Assembly: GCA_001662655.1 (NCBI GenBank)
Contig: KV460232.1
Direction: 5' to 3' (one strand)
DNA from: Pseudogymnoascus verrucosus
Lineage: Eukaryota
Length of the DNA stretch: 64,000 nt
Part shown: positions 12,550-25,699 of the stretch, one piece after another
Numbering within the stretch: position 1 is the stretch's first letter
Layout: the number at the start of each line of letters is the position of its first letter
Program-made: the position numbers and the translations under genes
Notes under the pieces: generated by a model
The model's database searches: none
The model's input: the letters and a program-made list of their open reading frames with translations, nothing else
What the model was told of the DNA's origin: nothing

Positions 12550-14762
12550 CCTGCATTGTAAGGACGACCTGCCGAGTGTTTTGGCGCGACGAATCAGGGG
12601 TGGTGGGGGGGATGGGGGGGGGGAGGATCTTCAACGCCTTGGGGGAAGGGAGGGGATGGAACAGGTAGGTAGGTAGGTAGGTAGGGTGGGTGGTATTGAC
12701 TAGGAGTGCGCGGGCGCATGGATAGGGGGTGTTAGAGAGGGGGAGGGAGAGAGGGAGGGAGACAGGCCAAGTTCACAACAAGCAAGCTCCCGCCTTGTCC
12801 CGCCTAGCCCGCGCCGCGAGGGTGCCAGTACACCCAGCATCTCCCCATCCAGCCAGCCAGCTAGCATCAATCACGACGTCCCCCCCGCCCGTCCATCCCG
12901 CTCGATTTGTTGAGGCGGCGGGTGGGCTACTAAGCTCCCCTCCCCCCCTCGAACAGCGGGTGTGTGTGTCTGTGTGTGTGCATGGGAGAGGGAAGAAAAA
13001 TTGGGGAGAGGGCCCTTTCGCTGTTCGAGATCTACCATACCCATGGTAGGTAACCTGGGGTGTGGAGACGGACTGTGCGTGCGTGCGGGCGGGCGCTCGC
13101 TGCGGATCCTTGGGGGGTGGCTTGGCTCGTTGTGAACTGGTGTGAAGTGGGCGGTCCCTCGCTAAAGGGGGGGATATGTAAAACTGGCGGTTACTTGCAA
13201 GGAAGGGAGGGGGGGAGCAATTTGATTGTTGTACACTCATATACTTAGTAGTGGTGCGCCGTTGGCCGGGTAGGTAATATGTGTATATCGCATTCATATA
13301 TCATATCCCCCTCCCATCCATAATCCATGCAGTCATTGCAGCAGCTTGCCTGTGCACTGGCACGCTGCGTTTAAGTCCCTCAAACCTCAACCCTCACCCC
13401 TCAAGCCTCAACCCCAGAGACCAACCCATCACACGTACGATTTTTAGTTATTTCCCTCTCTTCTCTCCTACGCGCGCTGAGAACCAGCCCAGCCCACAAA
13501 GCTATCGAAGTAGGCGGATGTATCCGAGCACTACTGTACCCCCCCTACCTCCCCTGTTTGGAGCTATGGGCAGGCAGGAGCTAGACAGGACGCATCGGTC
13601 TAATGTACACAGTAAGCAGTAAAGCAGTGGGAAAGCTGCTAGTCTTATCAGCCCAGTCAGTCAGCTCCGCCGTCAGTCAGTCAGCTCCCACGTACTGCCG
13701 GTTCCAAGTCTCTCGTATCGTAATCGCACATCGGAGATCCAGCTCAGCCGGGCGGGCGATCGATGATGATGCCATCTGTTTCACCCCCCTCAATCGTATT
13801 ACTAATCTTCCAAGAAAACTCCATAGTCAATAGTTCCGTCCCATAGTCTGGAGAGGAGATTCGATAGACCGGGTATACCTCCACGGCATCTACGGCATCA
13901 CGGCATTCACGGCACGGGTCTTGGTACTGCACTGTACCTTACACTACCCTACCCCGAGGCCCCGCAAGGGAAGGGAGAGAGGGGAGAAGGGGAAGAAGCT
14001 CCATTATTGTTGTTGTTGTTGTTGTCATCGTCCCCGCCCGGCTTGACAGACCAGCTAGCTAGCTAGCTAGTTACCCAGGCTAGCTAGTTCGCGCGCGCGC
14101 CCGCTCTACCTCCTTTTCTCAGTCAAAGCTCCGTTTCGTACGGCTTCATCCGCCAGTTAACGCCACAAAAAAACCTAGGATGCACTGCACACACACAGAC
14201 ACACACTATCAAAACCCCACAATATTCGGTAAGCGGGGAAGAAGGCGCGAACTAGACCTGCCTGTCCTGCGTATAGGGGGACGGACGGGAGTTACAGTTT
14301 GGTTACATTGCATACAGTACAGTATAGTATAGTATAGTACCTCCTCACCATCTTTCTCTCGAACGCCCACAGCCGCTGCTCAGCAGCACCACCAGGAACA
14401 TATTCAACACATCACTAGTTAGCGCGGAGGCGGGGGAGAACAATCAGTCAAGGGTCTTGGCACACATACATACACGTCTTTCTGTCTAAGACATATATTT
14501 TTTGGGGGCTTGCAGAAATGCTAAAATGCAACGCAACCGAACTCCAGGCTAATGCGACTCGCTCGCTGGCAGTCGTTCAGAGGTCGTCAGCCCGCTTGAC
14601 CTTCAGGGCGGTCTAGGTCCAGAACCCCTCCTCCCCTCCTTCCCCCCTATCGCGACAATTCCCACTAGGAGCGCTATCGAGTGCAGATCTCCGGTTTCTA
14701 CCGGGGTCGTCCCCCCTCCAAGCAAGCCCCCCTCCTGACACCCCAATCCCCTCCCCCCAGAA

Positions 14763-16378
14763 TCATGCAAAAACGCCTCCTTTCCCCCGTCCCTGGAACG
14801 CCGGTCCCCTCTTCTGGCCCGTGTTCCTCACCGCGGCCCCCCTCCCCAGCACCGACGGCACCATCTCCACCTGATCGTCCGCTAATCCCATATCCGCGTT
14901 CTGTGGCGCCTTGAAGCCCTCTCCGTCCCTAAACACCGTCTGGTACAGGGACGTGACAGCTGTGCTCCATTTCTGCATCGCGAGCAGGCGCTCCTCGTCC
15001 GTGGCGTCGTCGATCTCCATCGTGCCCGCGTGCTGGTTGATGCGGCCGCGCACTTTCTTGTCGACGATTAGGAAGCCGAGGATGTCTTGGACTTCGGGGA
15101 TGGAGATGGAGAGTTGTTTGGAGATGAAGGAGAGGCGGAAGCGGGTGTAGGGCGCGATGAGCTTGAGGACTGCTTTGGTGCGCATGTTGCGCGTTACTTC
15201 GTCGATGTTTTCGGCGATGAAGGGGTCGGCGAGAAGGTCGGTGTTGGTTTGCAGGACGGATTCGTATTTTTGGATGTCGTCCCGCTGGTAGGCGTCTACC
15301 AAGTCTGTCATGGCGGCGATTCTCGCATCGCCTTTGTACGGCTTGGTCTCTTGCGATTCGAAGGGGTTGATGTCCGACTTCATCAGCATGGTCGTGAGGA
15401 CGAGATATTTCAGAACTTGGATCCTCTGCAGAGACCCGGCTTCATCGTAGTTTCGGAACGACTCGAAGAAGTCGCTCTGCGCGTCCTTCCAGTTCTCCTC
15501 GCTCATGTGCATCTTCCCCCCGCATTCTCGGATGATTCCCATGATCTTGGGATGCGGAACAGCTGATCGCACCTTGAGCGCTCTCTCGTACAGGCGCTTT
15601 AGCTGCTTATTATTCTTGGTATCTGCGTACATCTGGATCTCCATTGCGTAGACTTCTAGCGAGTATGTACCCTTATTCGGGTCGTCCGTCCCATCTTCCC
15701 TCTCACAAGCCCTGTGAAGCTCTCGCACCTTCTTCATGAGAGATGTGTAATCTTTCCGGTCGAGGAATAGCTTCGCGAGCTTGATATTTGTCTTGAGCCA
15801 TAGCCTTTCGTTGTTGGTGCTCTGGAATGATTCGAGCGTCTGGGAGTAGAAGTCCTCCATACATTTCCGAGCTTTCGGGTCGTCGGATCCCTTCTCGATA
15901 TAGTCGAGCATGTTATTTATTGATTTCTCGGAGTAATTCCTCGTAACGGCGGATTTGACGTATGTGAGGAGCTCCTTGTAGTGCTCGACGGCCTTCGTAA
16001 ACGTTAGCAGAGCTCCATACCACCACACGATTTAGTAAAATAGAAGAACACACCTCGTCATATTTCCCAGTCTTAAATTCCAGCTTGATAGCCTGCTTAA
16101 GTCCTTTAAACCCCCACTCGCCCTTCTCCTGCTCCAGCTTGGGCACCTCCAGAAATTCCTCTATCGCCTCCGCGGGATATTCGGATTTCATCTGCTTCGC
16201 ATTATAATATTTGTTTTCGATATCGACATCCCCGTCCTCTTCCTCTCCATCATCTTCATATTCGAAGTCATATCTAAGAATGTCAGTTGATTCCGGAGCT
16301 TGCGGAGGGGCACAGCAGCTTCATAACTTACTCCTCCGCATCTGAATCTTGCATGAAGTCGTCGCCATCGTCGGACAT
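14763..16378 (-). CDS. CSN2: COP9 signalosome subunit 2 (PCI domain)
   Basis: MSDDGDDFMQDSDAE start. Motifs EKGEWGFKGLKQAIK, TRNYSEKSINN, NERLWLKTNIKL, AVPHPKIMGIIRECGGKMH and DFFESFRNYDEAGS. Two introns near the 5' end. Confidence 0.95.
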
Positions 16379-16785
16379 TTTGAATGTGGGGGGGAAATGC
16401 GTCTCCCAGAAATATAGACCTCAAATGAGTACTGGCTACGGTGCAGATCTGAAGTTTGGGTTATGAGCGGTGTCGTGCTGCTTGTTTGAGTTGTTTGGTG
16501 AGAGATGTCGTAAGGCTACCCTCACAGGCCAGTCGCTATCGATTGGTTATCGCCTAAAACGTACTAGCGCATGACCCCAAAGTTTCCGCCTCGCGGTATT
16601 TGTGGATCGGTCTCAGCCTTCTGGTTTATCGATCGCAACTTCTTGTTGCCTCTGACGTTCAACAACACCAAGAAGTTGACCTGCTCTGCGACAGCGACTA
16701 CCCGCACTGCTTTAGAGGATCAGCTTCAAACGATTCTTATTTCTATATAATACCTACCTGGTGCTAATCTGACAACACCGCCAAG

Positions 16786-18189
16786 ATGGGTGGCGACCTC
16801 AATTTGAAGAAGTCATGGCACCCAGTGCTCATGAGCAATCAGAAGAAGGTGTGGGAAGAAGAAAAGAAAGCCTTAGACGAACGCAAGAAAACCGAACTTC
16901 GAATCAAGGAATTGAAGGAGGAACGAGCCAAGGAGGAGATTCAGCAAAAACTCGAAGCAGCAGGGAGCCGAAAGCGTGTCGACAGAGTCGACTGGATGTA
17001 CCAGGGGCCGTCGAATGGGCAGTCTGGTACGACGGAGGAGATGGAGGGATACCTTCTGGGGAAGAGGCGCATAGATACCTTGATTAAGGGAAACGATCAC
17101 AAGAAGCTGGAGAAGCAGGCTTCGGAGGACAGCTTTATGGCCCTACAGAAGGCAAATACTCTAAAGGACACGGCGGCAAAAGTGAGGGAGGATCCTATGT
17201 TGGCGATCAAGAGGCAGGAACAAGCTGCATACGAAGCGATGATGAACGACCCTATCAAGCGGAAACAACTACTCGCGGTCATTGGCGGGGAGCCGGAGGG
17301 GAAGGAGAAAACGAAGGAGAGGAAGCATAGGCATCATCACAGACGTCACCATGATGATGCGTCGGATGATAGGAGACATAAGCGCAGAAGGGTGGATGAT
17401 TCGGAGAGAGATGGGAGGAGTAGTAGGCATCGTCAAAGCAGGAGGCGATCGCGGTCGAGGACGCCGGATTCGAGGTCCCGGTCGCCTGAGCGCGGGAGTG
17501 CTAGAGGTGGAGAGAAGCGTGATTCAAGGGATGAGTCGCCTCGGAGGCGACGCCAAAGATCAGTGTCACCTCGAAGAGGGCGGTATTCGCGATCACCTTC
17601 CCCGCGAAGGAGACGGCATTCACGATCACCAACACCACCTGCAGGAGGAGAAGCGAGACGAGACCGACGTCCTTCGCCATCTCGCAGAGTATCCGTATCC
17701 CCGCGTCGGCGATCTTATTCTCGTGAACGATCCGGACCAAAGGGGTACCCTAGCCAACAACCTCGTCGGGATACCTACAGAGACAGAGATTCGCGGCCCG
17801 ATGGCAATGCAACGGGACGAAACGGAGATAGACCAAGAACGAGCTACAACGCCGGGCAACCCTCAAGGCCCCCATTTCGAGGTGATGATCGACCACGGAA
17901 TGCTGCTGCACCTAGCCAGAGCGTAGAGGAACGGGAGGCGGAGAGGCAGCGGAAACTCGCAGCCATGCAGGAGGACGCATCGGCGTTGGACCAGGACCGC
18001 GAGAAGCGGCTTGCTGCACTGGCGGAGAAGGAGAAGATCGATCGTGATGCGGATGAGGCGGCTAGGGTGAAGTCGTCGAAGTATAGCGATAAAGCGGATT
18101 TCGTGAATGGGATGCATCAGAAGGTGGGGAGTATGGGGCTTGCGGATCGGATTGGGAGGGGACGACAGGGACTTCAGCGGGATGATTGA
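16786..18189 (+). CDS. CWC25: Pre-mRNA splicing factor Cwc25
   Basis: [13 protein letters not shown] (Cir_N), [14 protein letters not shown] and REDPMLAIK motifs, followed by an RS-rich C-terminus. Confidence 0.95.
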   Translation: MGGDLNLKKSWHPVLMSNQKKVWEEEKKALDERKKTELRIKELKEERAKEEIQQKLEAAGSRKRVDRVDWMYQGPSNGQSGTTEEMEGYLLGKRRIDTLIKGNDHKKLEKQASEDSFMALQKANTLKDTAAKVREDPMLAIKRQEQAAYEAMMNDPIKRKQLLAVIGGEPEGKEKTKERKHRHHHRRHHDDASDDRRHKRRRVDDSERDGRSSRHRQSRRRSRSRTPDSRSRSPERGSARGGEKRDSRDESPRRRRQRSVSPRRGRYSRSPSPRRRRHSRSPTPPAGGEARRDRRPSPSRRVSVSPRRRSYSRERSGPKGYPSQQPRRDTYRDRDSRPDGNATGRNGDRPRTSYNAGQPSRPPFRGDDRPRNAAAPSQSVEEREAERQRKLAAMQEDASALDQDREKRLAALAEKEKIDRDADEAARVKSSKYSDKADFVNGMHQKVGSMGLADRIGRGRQGLQRDD

Positions 18190-18885
18190 AGAGGGGCATT
18201 GGGCAGTGTGGGATCGCTGGCTTTTATCCTATTGTATTTTTGGAAGGAGTCCATGAGCAGTCACTCTTGTGGTATATATATATATATATATACGCAAATA
18301 GCACATAACTACCACCGGCAGATCATTTGTCGTAGATAGCCAAATCCATATACAGACACTGGACAAAACATCCAGAATCAAATCATTCGAACAAGGAACA
18401 AACAATCACCATGCGTAGATCATCAGCCACGTGTGCCACCCATGCTGTGCGTCTGAGGCCCAGATGTACAGTACAACACGACGTGCTGTATTTGAGTTCC
18501 TGACGATGACGATGATTTGCAAACAGCACTGCAACATCCAATACATATCTACCCCGCTAGATTTGATCCCACTAGATCGTGAAGCTCCAATCAATTTAAT
18601 TGCCGTGCCGCGAGAGGAGGAGTTTGCTTGCTGCAAGGTACGGGGCATATGTGGAGAGCCAGATCGAGTAGCTGTGGATGTGGATGTGGATGTGGATTTA
18701 GCACCAGTAGTTCAGTAGTTCAGGACATATATATCACAAAAGTAGACAACTAGAGAGATTAACACTTTCCTTCTAGCAAACCCTTACATTCTCCTCATTC
18801 TCCTTACATCTCCCAATTTGCTGTTGTTGATGCCACGAAACTGATAAAAGACCCTAGAAATTTGCTGTCATGTACACCCTGGCTG

Positions 18886-18886
<1 letters not shown>

Positions 18887-18921
<35 letters not shown>
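18887..18921. repeat. (GTT)n microsatellite, about 11 copies
   Basis: Directly visible upstream of RHO3. Confidence 0.95.
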
Positions 18922-19370
18922 CGTCTGTGTTGTCCACGTTCTCCGCGTTGTCCGTGTTGTCGTTTCTGTGGATCTCCAACTCTCCCCTCCCCTCTAGTCA
19001 CTCTCGGCGGCTGTCATTGCCGGCTCAAATTGGCCCCGACTCCTCCTGTCACTCACTTCAATCTCCACGTTCTCGCGTAACGAAATATGTATCTGCCGTA
19101 CCAAAGTATGCTACAACCTTGCGACTAAAAGTATACTACGTAACCATATGCCTTCAATGGGACCGTAATCTCTAATGCCACCACCTCCTCCACTACGCTT
19201 GCATCTACCCCAATCTCAATCTCACTGACACTTCGTCTACTGTCAACAGCACAGTCAACACAATCAATACAGTCAACAACCTTATATCCTCAAAGGATAT
19301 ACCCCAACCCTCTCATCGTGCTCAGTCACGATCAGCCTCGGACCCTTTCGCTCCTCAATCGACCACCACC

Positions 19371-20224
19371 ATGCAGCTCTGCGGCGGAAGCAAGACCACC
19401 CAGCGCAAGCTGGTCCTACTGTACGTTGAGCACTCTTCAATCCATTCCCCGGCGGCTTCAATCCGCGCGACCATGCGATCACCTCCGACATACTGACCGA
19501 ATCCCAGGGGCGACGGCGCAAGCGGCAAGACCTCGCTGCTAAATGTCTTCACGCGAGGGTAAGAAATCTGCATGTGCAAATCACCACAATACGCAATAGG
19601 AGTTAACGCCCACACCACAGATACTTCCCCACCGTCTACGAGCCTACAGTCTTCGAGAACTACGTCCATGGTAAGAAAAAAATACACCACTCACCCCCCC
19701 CCCCCCCCCAAATTACTTCACCCCAGCTAACCCATCTCCCCCTCTCTCCAGATATCTTCGTAGACAACGTCCACATCGAGCTCTCCCTCTGGGACACCGC
19801 CGGCCAAGAAGAATTCGACCGTCTCCGCTCCCTCTCCTACGACGACACCCACGCAATCATGCTCTGTTTCTCGGTCGAATCCAAAGACTCCCTCGAGAAC
19901 ATCGAATCCAAATGGGTCGGCGAGATCGCCGAGAACTGCCCGGGCGTAAAACTCGTCCTGGTAGCGCTGAAGTGCGATCTCCGCGAGAACGACGACGCGG
20001 CTGAGGAGGAACCAACCGCCCCAGCCGCGGGGGGAGGGAAGAAGGAGTGTATCACGTACCAGCAGGGTCTTGAGGTCGCGAGGCGCATTGGCGCGTTGAG
20101 GTATTTGGAGTGCTCGGCTATGCGGAATCGCGGGGTTAATGAGGCGTTTACGGAGGCGGCGAGGGTAGCGCTTTCGGTGAAGGGGGTTGGTGGAAAGGAC
20201 GATTCGAAGTGTGTGATGATGTGA
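19371..20224 (+). CDS. RHO3: Rho3 small GTPase
   Basis: MQLCGGSKTTQRKLVL|LGDGASGKTSLLNVFTRG|YFPTVYEPTVFENYVH|DIFVDNVHIELSLWDTAGQEEFDRLRSLSY, ending in CAAX motif CVMM. Three introns. The N-terminal Cys is typical of Rho3. Confidence 0.95.
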
Positions 20225-20827
20225 GGGGGGCGCGCACGCGATGGTTGGTGGTGGTGTTCAGCGAGGCGTATTGGCGTTGGTGGATAGGTTGAGCGCCGTC
20301 CCTGCTTATGTGCGGGTTTTTTATATGTTACTATTACTTATTTTTTTCTTCTTTTCTTTCTTTCTACGACGCTGTTGTTTCGCTGATGCATTTGCAGGCG
20401 GGCAAGGTTGTTAGTTTCGACGCGAGTGCCTTGGGGGGGGTTTTACGGCGATACACACTATGGGCCACCACATATGCTAAATAATTATGGGATTTGCATA
20501 TATTGGAAGATATGGGATCATGGGGAGGCTGTCTGAGGATGGCAGATACTGGAGCCGGGTCGTCGTTAGTTTTACTGCACTGTAATTGTATATGGACTTG
20601 TATATGGCTGCACTGATTTGTTGTTATAAAACCTTTCTAGATTTACAAATGGGGGTGGCAAGCTTGCCATTTTGCATTCTAGTCTATCTATTCTTGGATA
20701 ATTTGAGCTTGTGAATACTTACGCAGGGCTTTTAAATAATAATGTTTGCTTCAACGTGTTATATATGCTTCATAGAAGGGTTCTAGAATTCTATAGGTGC
20801 CAGCAGCCCAGGCAGAGACAGATGGCA

Positions 20828-22258
20828 TCATTGCGTAGAAGGCTCTGAACCAAGCGGTATGGGATGAGCATCGTCTACTTTAGGCTCTGTCGATGCTGCC
20901 GTCTTCTCTTTAGTCTCTACCGGTATACTCGATGTGGTGTCGTTATTCTCTGTGTCTTTCGATAACGAAGATTCTTTTTCTCCCGTGTGAATGTCTGACT
21001 CTGCCACCGTGGAACTTATCACGGCTGTGTCGCCGGTTTTACCACCTTCCGAGACTTGGTCACTACTCGGTTCTTGTGCCTTCTGCTCTACGTCTGGCTT
21101 CTCGGTGTCTTGCTTTTGTGCCTTTTCATCATCTGCTGGTGATACGGTCTCGGTAGGTCCTGTAGCCACCTTCGTAGCCAGGTGCTTCTCTAACCAATCC
21201 TTATGTCCATCTGAGATCTTCAGTGCGTGATCAACGCTCTTGTGATCAACGCTCTTGTGATCAACGTTCTTATGACCATCCGATAGCTTCAGAGCTTGCT
21301 CAACTTCTGTGGTCAACTTCTCAATCTCCTCTTCCAATATCTCCTGTTTAGCAGCAGGCGTTGCAGGCTCCCTCGCTGCTTCAGGCCCACCGACCTCCTT
21401 ATAAAGGGCCTCCAGGTCGTCCCTCCAACCCAACTCATCTGCCAACCTCCGGACCTGACTATCGCAGTCTCCTAGCAACAGGACATCATCAGGTCTGCTC
21501 CCTAGGGTCCCTACCCTCTCCATATTTAGTAAGACCCTCGGGGTTCCTTCCAGGGCCATATCAGGCAGCGAAGCAAACGGATGAACAGTCAAGCTCGTCC
21601 CAATAATAATCATCAAATCCGCCTGCGACGGCACATGCGTATTCATATGAAACCTCTGCGGCAGCGACTCCCCAAAAAACGTGATATCCGGCTTAACAAG
21701 CCCCCCACACGCCTCATCCTCACAATACGGTATATCCCCCGACCTAACAAACTCCCTCATAAACTCATCCGGGTACTCCGTCTTACAATCAATACACCTC
21801 TGCGACGCGAAGCTCCCATGCGCCTCCACGACTTTCTCGGGCGGCACCCCCGCCGCGCGTTCCAGACAATCGATGTTCTGCGTAAACAGCATATGCAGCA
21901 GCCCCTTCTTCGCCAGTAGGGCAATAAACGCATGCGCCACCGTCGGTTTGTATTTCCCGGGATACAGCTCCTGAGCCAGCATGTAGAACGGCGCGGGGTT
22001 CTCGCGGAAGAAGGAGATGTCGAAGACGGCTTCGGGGTAGGGAAGGTTTAGACGCGCGAGGTTGGAGTATAGCCCCGTGTCTGGGGAGCGGAAGTCGGGG
22101 ATCCCAGCGCTGGTGGAGATGCCGGCGCCGGTGAGGACGACGACGCGCTGGGCTTTGGGCGAGTTGAGGTAGGTGGCTACGGAGCTGAGGGAGCGGTCTT
22201 GGAGGGTTTTGGAGGGGAGGGCCTCGTCGACCAGCTCGTGGGAGGTGTCTTGGCCCAT
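20828..22258 (-). CDS. HST2: NAD-dependent deacetylase, Sir2 family (Hst2/SIRT2 type) with acidic C-terminal tail
   Basis: Motifs GAGISTSAGIPDFRSP, FTQNIDCLE, HGSF, CxxC...CxxxxC zinc motif, KPDITFFGE and GTSLTVHPFA. Confidence 0.92.
   Translation of the reverse strand: MGQDTSHELVDEALPSKTLQDRSLSSVATYLNSPKAQRVVVLTGAGISTSAGIPDFRSPDTGLYSNLARLNLPYPEAVFDISFFRENPAPFYMLAQELYPGKYKPTVAHAFIALLAKKGLLHMLFTQNIDCLERAAGVPPEKVVEAHGSFASQRCIDCKTEYPDEFMREFVRSGDIPYCEDEACGGLVKPDITFFGESLPQRFHMNTHVPSQADLMIIIGTSLTVHPFASLPDMALEGTPRVLLNMERVGTLGSRPDDVLLLGDCDSQVRRLADELGWRDDLEALYKEVGGPEAAREPATPAAKQEILEEEIEKLTTEVEQALKLSDGHKNVDHKSVDHKSVDHALKISDGHKDWLEKHLATKVATGPTETVSPADDEKAQKQDTEKPDVEQKAQEPSSDQVSEGGKTGDTAVISSTVAESDIHTGEKESSLSKDTENNDTTSSIPVETKEKTAASTEPKVDDAHPIPLGSEPSTQ
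21227..21271. repeat. Three-copy 15-bp coding tandem repeat (K[NS]VDH) in the sirtuin tail
   Basis: gtgatcaacgctctt twice plus gtgatcaacgttctt, flanked by duplicated ALK[LI]SDGHK. Confidence 0.85.
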
Positions 22259-23399
22259 TTTTGCGGTGAGGGCGCGGGGTCGTTTTGGGGGGTGAGGGAG
22301 GCGAGGTTGTCTGCTTTCGAGGTATTGAGGTATTGGCGCAGAAGTTCAACTTGTATATAAGAAATAGGAGGTTAGGTAGCTGTAATAGCCTCAATCCTTG
22401 GGCGGAGTGTTAAGGCTTTAAACTCGAAATCATAAATATTATATCGCTGGAGCCTGATTCATTGGTCCACGGCGGGTTGAATTTTGGTGGGGTGAGCGGG
22501 AGGGAACATGGCACGGTACAGTCCATGGTAAATCCCCAAAACGCTCGGGCCGTTATAAGATCCGGACTTTCTGCACTTGTGCTTCTTTTGTATGGCTTTC
22601 CAGACCTTATTAATCTACGGTACACCATTCAGGCCACTGATGCACTTTTCCACTTGCCCGTAAGCGCCAACTACGACGAACTTTGGTGTCGTGGTTACTC
22701 CAACTAACAATGGTAAACCCCTAAACAAACTTTTAGGTTATATTTTGACGTAAATATGTAAATATATAAATGTGTATATATTCAAAATGCTGAGCTGAAG
22801 CTATATTCATATACCTAAAGCGCGAACAACCTGGGCACATAACATGAGAAATTGATCACACGTATGACTTTGTGCAGTACTTGTCGTGCAGGTACTTGTT
22901 CTACAGCTTGAGTCGCCTACCAACAGTCTTGGCGAACCTCCTCACAGTGTGAACAAGTGGAGCGACACTACTCCCGTACACCAGACAAATAAATATCCAT
23001 CGACAACAACCCCCCAGCGACAACTCTGGTGCTAGAAGACGCCGCTCAATCCTCGCACCGGCTTCATCGAATCGTGCACAGGACGCTATCGACTCTACCT
23101 CGAACTTCGCCACCCCCTCGTCGTTGTCGTCGCACGATACCCCCCCTGGCTGACCAAGGCGAAGCTCCCTCAAATAACCTCGTCTTCCGCCTTCCTATCG
23201 CTGCTAGAAGCCTATATCGAAGTCGTATATCACAGTATTCAAGACCAGATTTGTATATCACCGCACCTGAGCTCAAATCCGAGGTTTCTGGGTCCCCGAG
23301 AACGACGCGAATGAGAAGGACCGTGGTCACACGACAACGCGCCGGAGGAATCTTCTCCTAGGATATATCTGTCATTCCACTCTCTCGATAGGAGCACAG

Positions 23400-25699
23400 A
23401 TGACGGCAGTTGCGAACCCACCGAGTTTCCAGCAACCACTCAATCGGACGCAATGGAGTTCTAATGGTCAAGGAGCCCTTAATTCTATGAACCCCGACGA
23501 AGTCGCTCGGATGTTCATGCCGCGGAAGAGTGTACAGCGTGCCAATTCATCATCCTCCCTCTCCTCTAACTCGTCGACCTCGTCCTCGGGCACGTCTACG
23601 ATGTCGAACGCCTCCCAGCAATCGACCGGAACCTTGACTCCCGTGAGTGACGTCGGTACATGGTCGAGCACGACGGCGGCAGGGACGCGGAAAAAGCCTC
23701 AGAGAACTGGTCCGTGGCCTGTGAGCAAGTCGGAACCGGTATCGGGAGTCACGTCGGCGCGTCCTCAGTCGATCCTCGCTCCAAATGGAGTCTCTGCTGC
23801 GTCGTCCATATCGTCGATGCAGCAGCAACCACACTCGGTCAACCCTTCAAACCTTCAGAATCCTTCTCAACAACAGAATGGAGCCCGAGCGGGCGCACCG
23901 CCTAATGATGGAAACCCCGTGTTATACCTTCTATCGATGAATGGGACGTTCGAACGCAAAACAATCACTGTTCCGTATTACCCAGACAATTTACGTATTG
24001 GCCGACAGACAAATGCGAAATCGTCACCGACCGCCACCAATGGATTCTTTGACTCCAAGGTCCTATCAAGGCAGCACGCAGAGATTTGGGCAGATAGAAA
24101 CGGCAAGGTCTGGATTCGTGATATTAGGTCTTCGAACGGCACATTTGTCAATGGTGCACGGCTATCGCCCGAGAACCGAGACTCGGAACCCCATGAGCTT
24201 CAGACTCAAGATCATCTAGAGTTGGGAATTGATATCGTGAGCGAAGATCAGAAGACTGTGGTCCACCACAAAGTTGCGGCAAAAGTTGAGCACGCTGGCT
24301 TTCTGGGCGCTACAAATAATGTTCTCGATATGAACTTTGGTGATCTCGACCCCGCAAATGGAGTGCTCATGCTTCCCTCGCAGAATGGAATGATACGAGG
24401 CAGAACAAACAGTCAAGGATCTATTATGAACAATGGGCGTGCACCAGGCCCGGGAGTAATGCAAGTCGCACAACGCCCAATGAACTTCTGGTTAACGCCT
24501 GTAACGACCGAGCAGATAATGAAAAGACTAACGGTAGGTACGCTCCTACAGTTGTTAGATACAAGCTAATCAATATTTAGAATGAGGTGAGGCACGCGAA
24601 ACTACAGAATAACGATCTTTCTCGCACCGAATTGTTCTTGGACACCTTGGTTTCGCAGCAGCTATTCAAAGAAGAAGAAAAGCCGGAAGAGCCTATCAAG
24701 TCCCTCCAGCCCAATGGCGTTTCGTTCAAAATCGATGCGAAGCCGCGCTTCAGCGACCCACCTGCACCACCACCCCAGCAGCCACTACCGGAGAAGCCAG
24801 ATGCGCCTCGGGTACAGACATCCGAGACGTCATTGAAGCGCGCGAATACAGAACGGCCACGATCTGCAACGTCGGCGTCTCCAGTCAAAGAATCCTCCAG
24901 CCAAATTATTGCGCTCATAGAATCGCTAGAATCGGCGAAGAGAGAGATTGACGAACAAAATGAGCGTATGCGTACTCTAGAGAAGATGCTTCAAGAGGAG
25001 CGAGAGGCAAGGCAAGCTGCCGAAGAACTAGCGAAGAGGCTTGAAGAAGAATCAACTAGGATACATGTGAATGGGTTTGCCAAGGGCGGCTCTATAGTTG
25101 AAGAGGCGTTTGAACCACCGAAGGAAGTCGCGCCAGAGGTTGTAGGTCTGGAATCTACAGCCGCAGATGAGGACAAGTCGAGTACCTTGAACGCTGAAAA
25201 TGTGGAAGCATCTACGAATACCTTACAGGAGAAGCTGGAACTGATGATGGTTGAAATGAGGGAAATGAAGTTGCAAATGGAAACTTATCGACACCGTGCA
25301 GATACGGCAGAGACGGAAAGAGATGATGGGAGGAAGTCATTGGCAGAGATGGTTGAGAAGATCAGAGCAGATGATCAGGCAAAACGAGAGACGGCTGAGC
25401 GTGCTAAGGCAGCGCTGGCTGCCTCGAATGCAGCTGCCTCGTCGACTGCTGGGGCGGACAAAGAGGTAGAAGATCTACCACTGGCGACAAAAGATATTGG
25501 CCAAAACGGTACCATATCAACGCCACATGTCACCAAACCTCCCGAGAACCAGCCCGCCACTGCTCTACAACATCACCCTGGCAGCCAAGATCACAGGCTA
25601 CTCGAACACTCCGCTCCTTACGCATCTATGATCGGAGTCGTTCTTCTCGGCATGGGCTTGATGGCCTACATGAACGGGTGGCAGAAAGGCGAGCGATGA
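23400..25699 (+). CDS. FHA-domain, coiled-coil, tail-anchored protein of the Far10/Vps64/SLMAP (STRIPAK HAM-4/PRO45) family
   Basis: FHA motifs IGRQTN, NGFFDSKVLSRQHAE and SSNGTFVNG, then coiled coils and a C-terminal TM (YASMIGVVLLGMGLMAYMNGW). One intron at about 24534-24580. Confidence 0.9.

Noticed and set aside
18862..19080. Poly-Cys/poly-Leu/poly-Gln ORFs
   Set aside because: Translations of the (GTT)n microsatellite.
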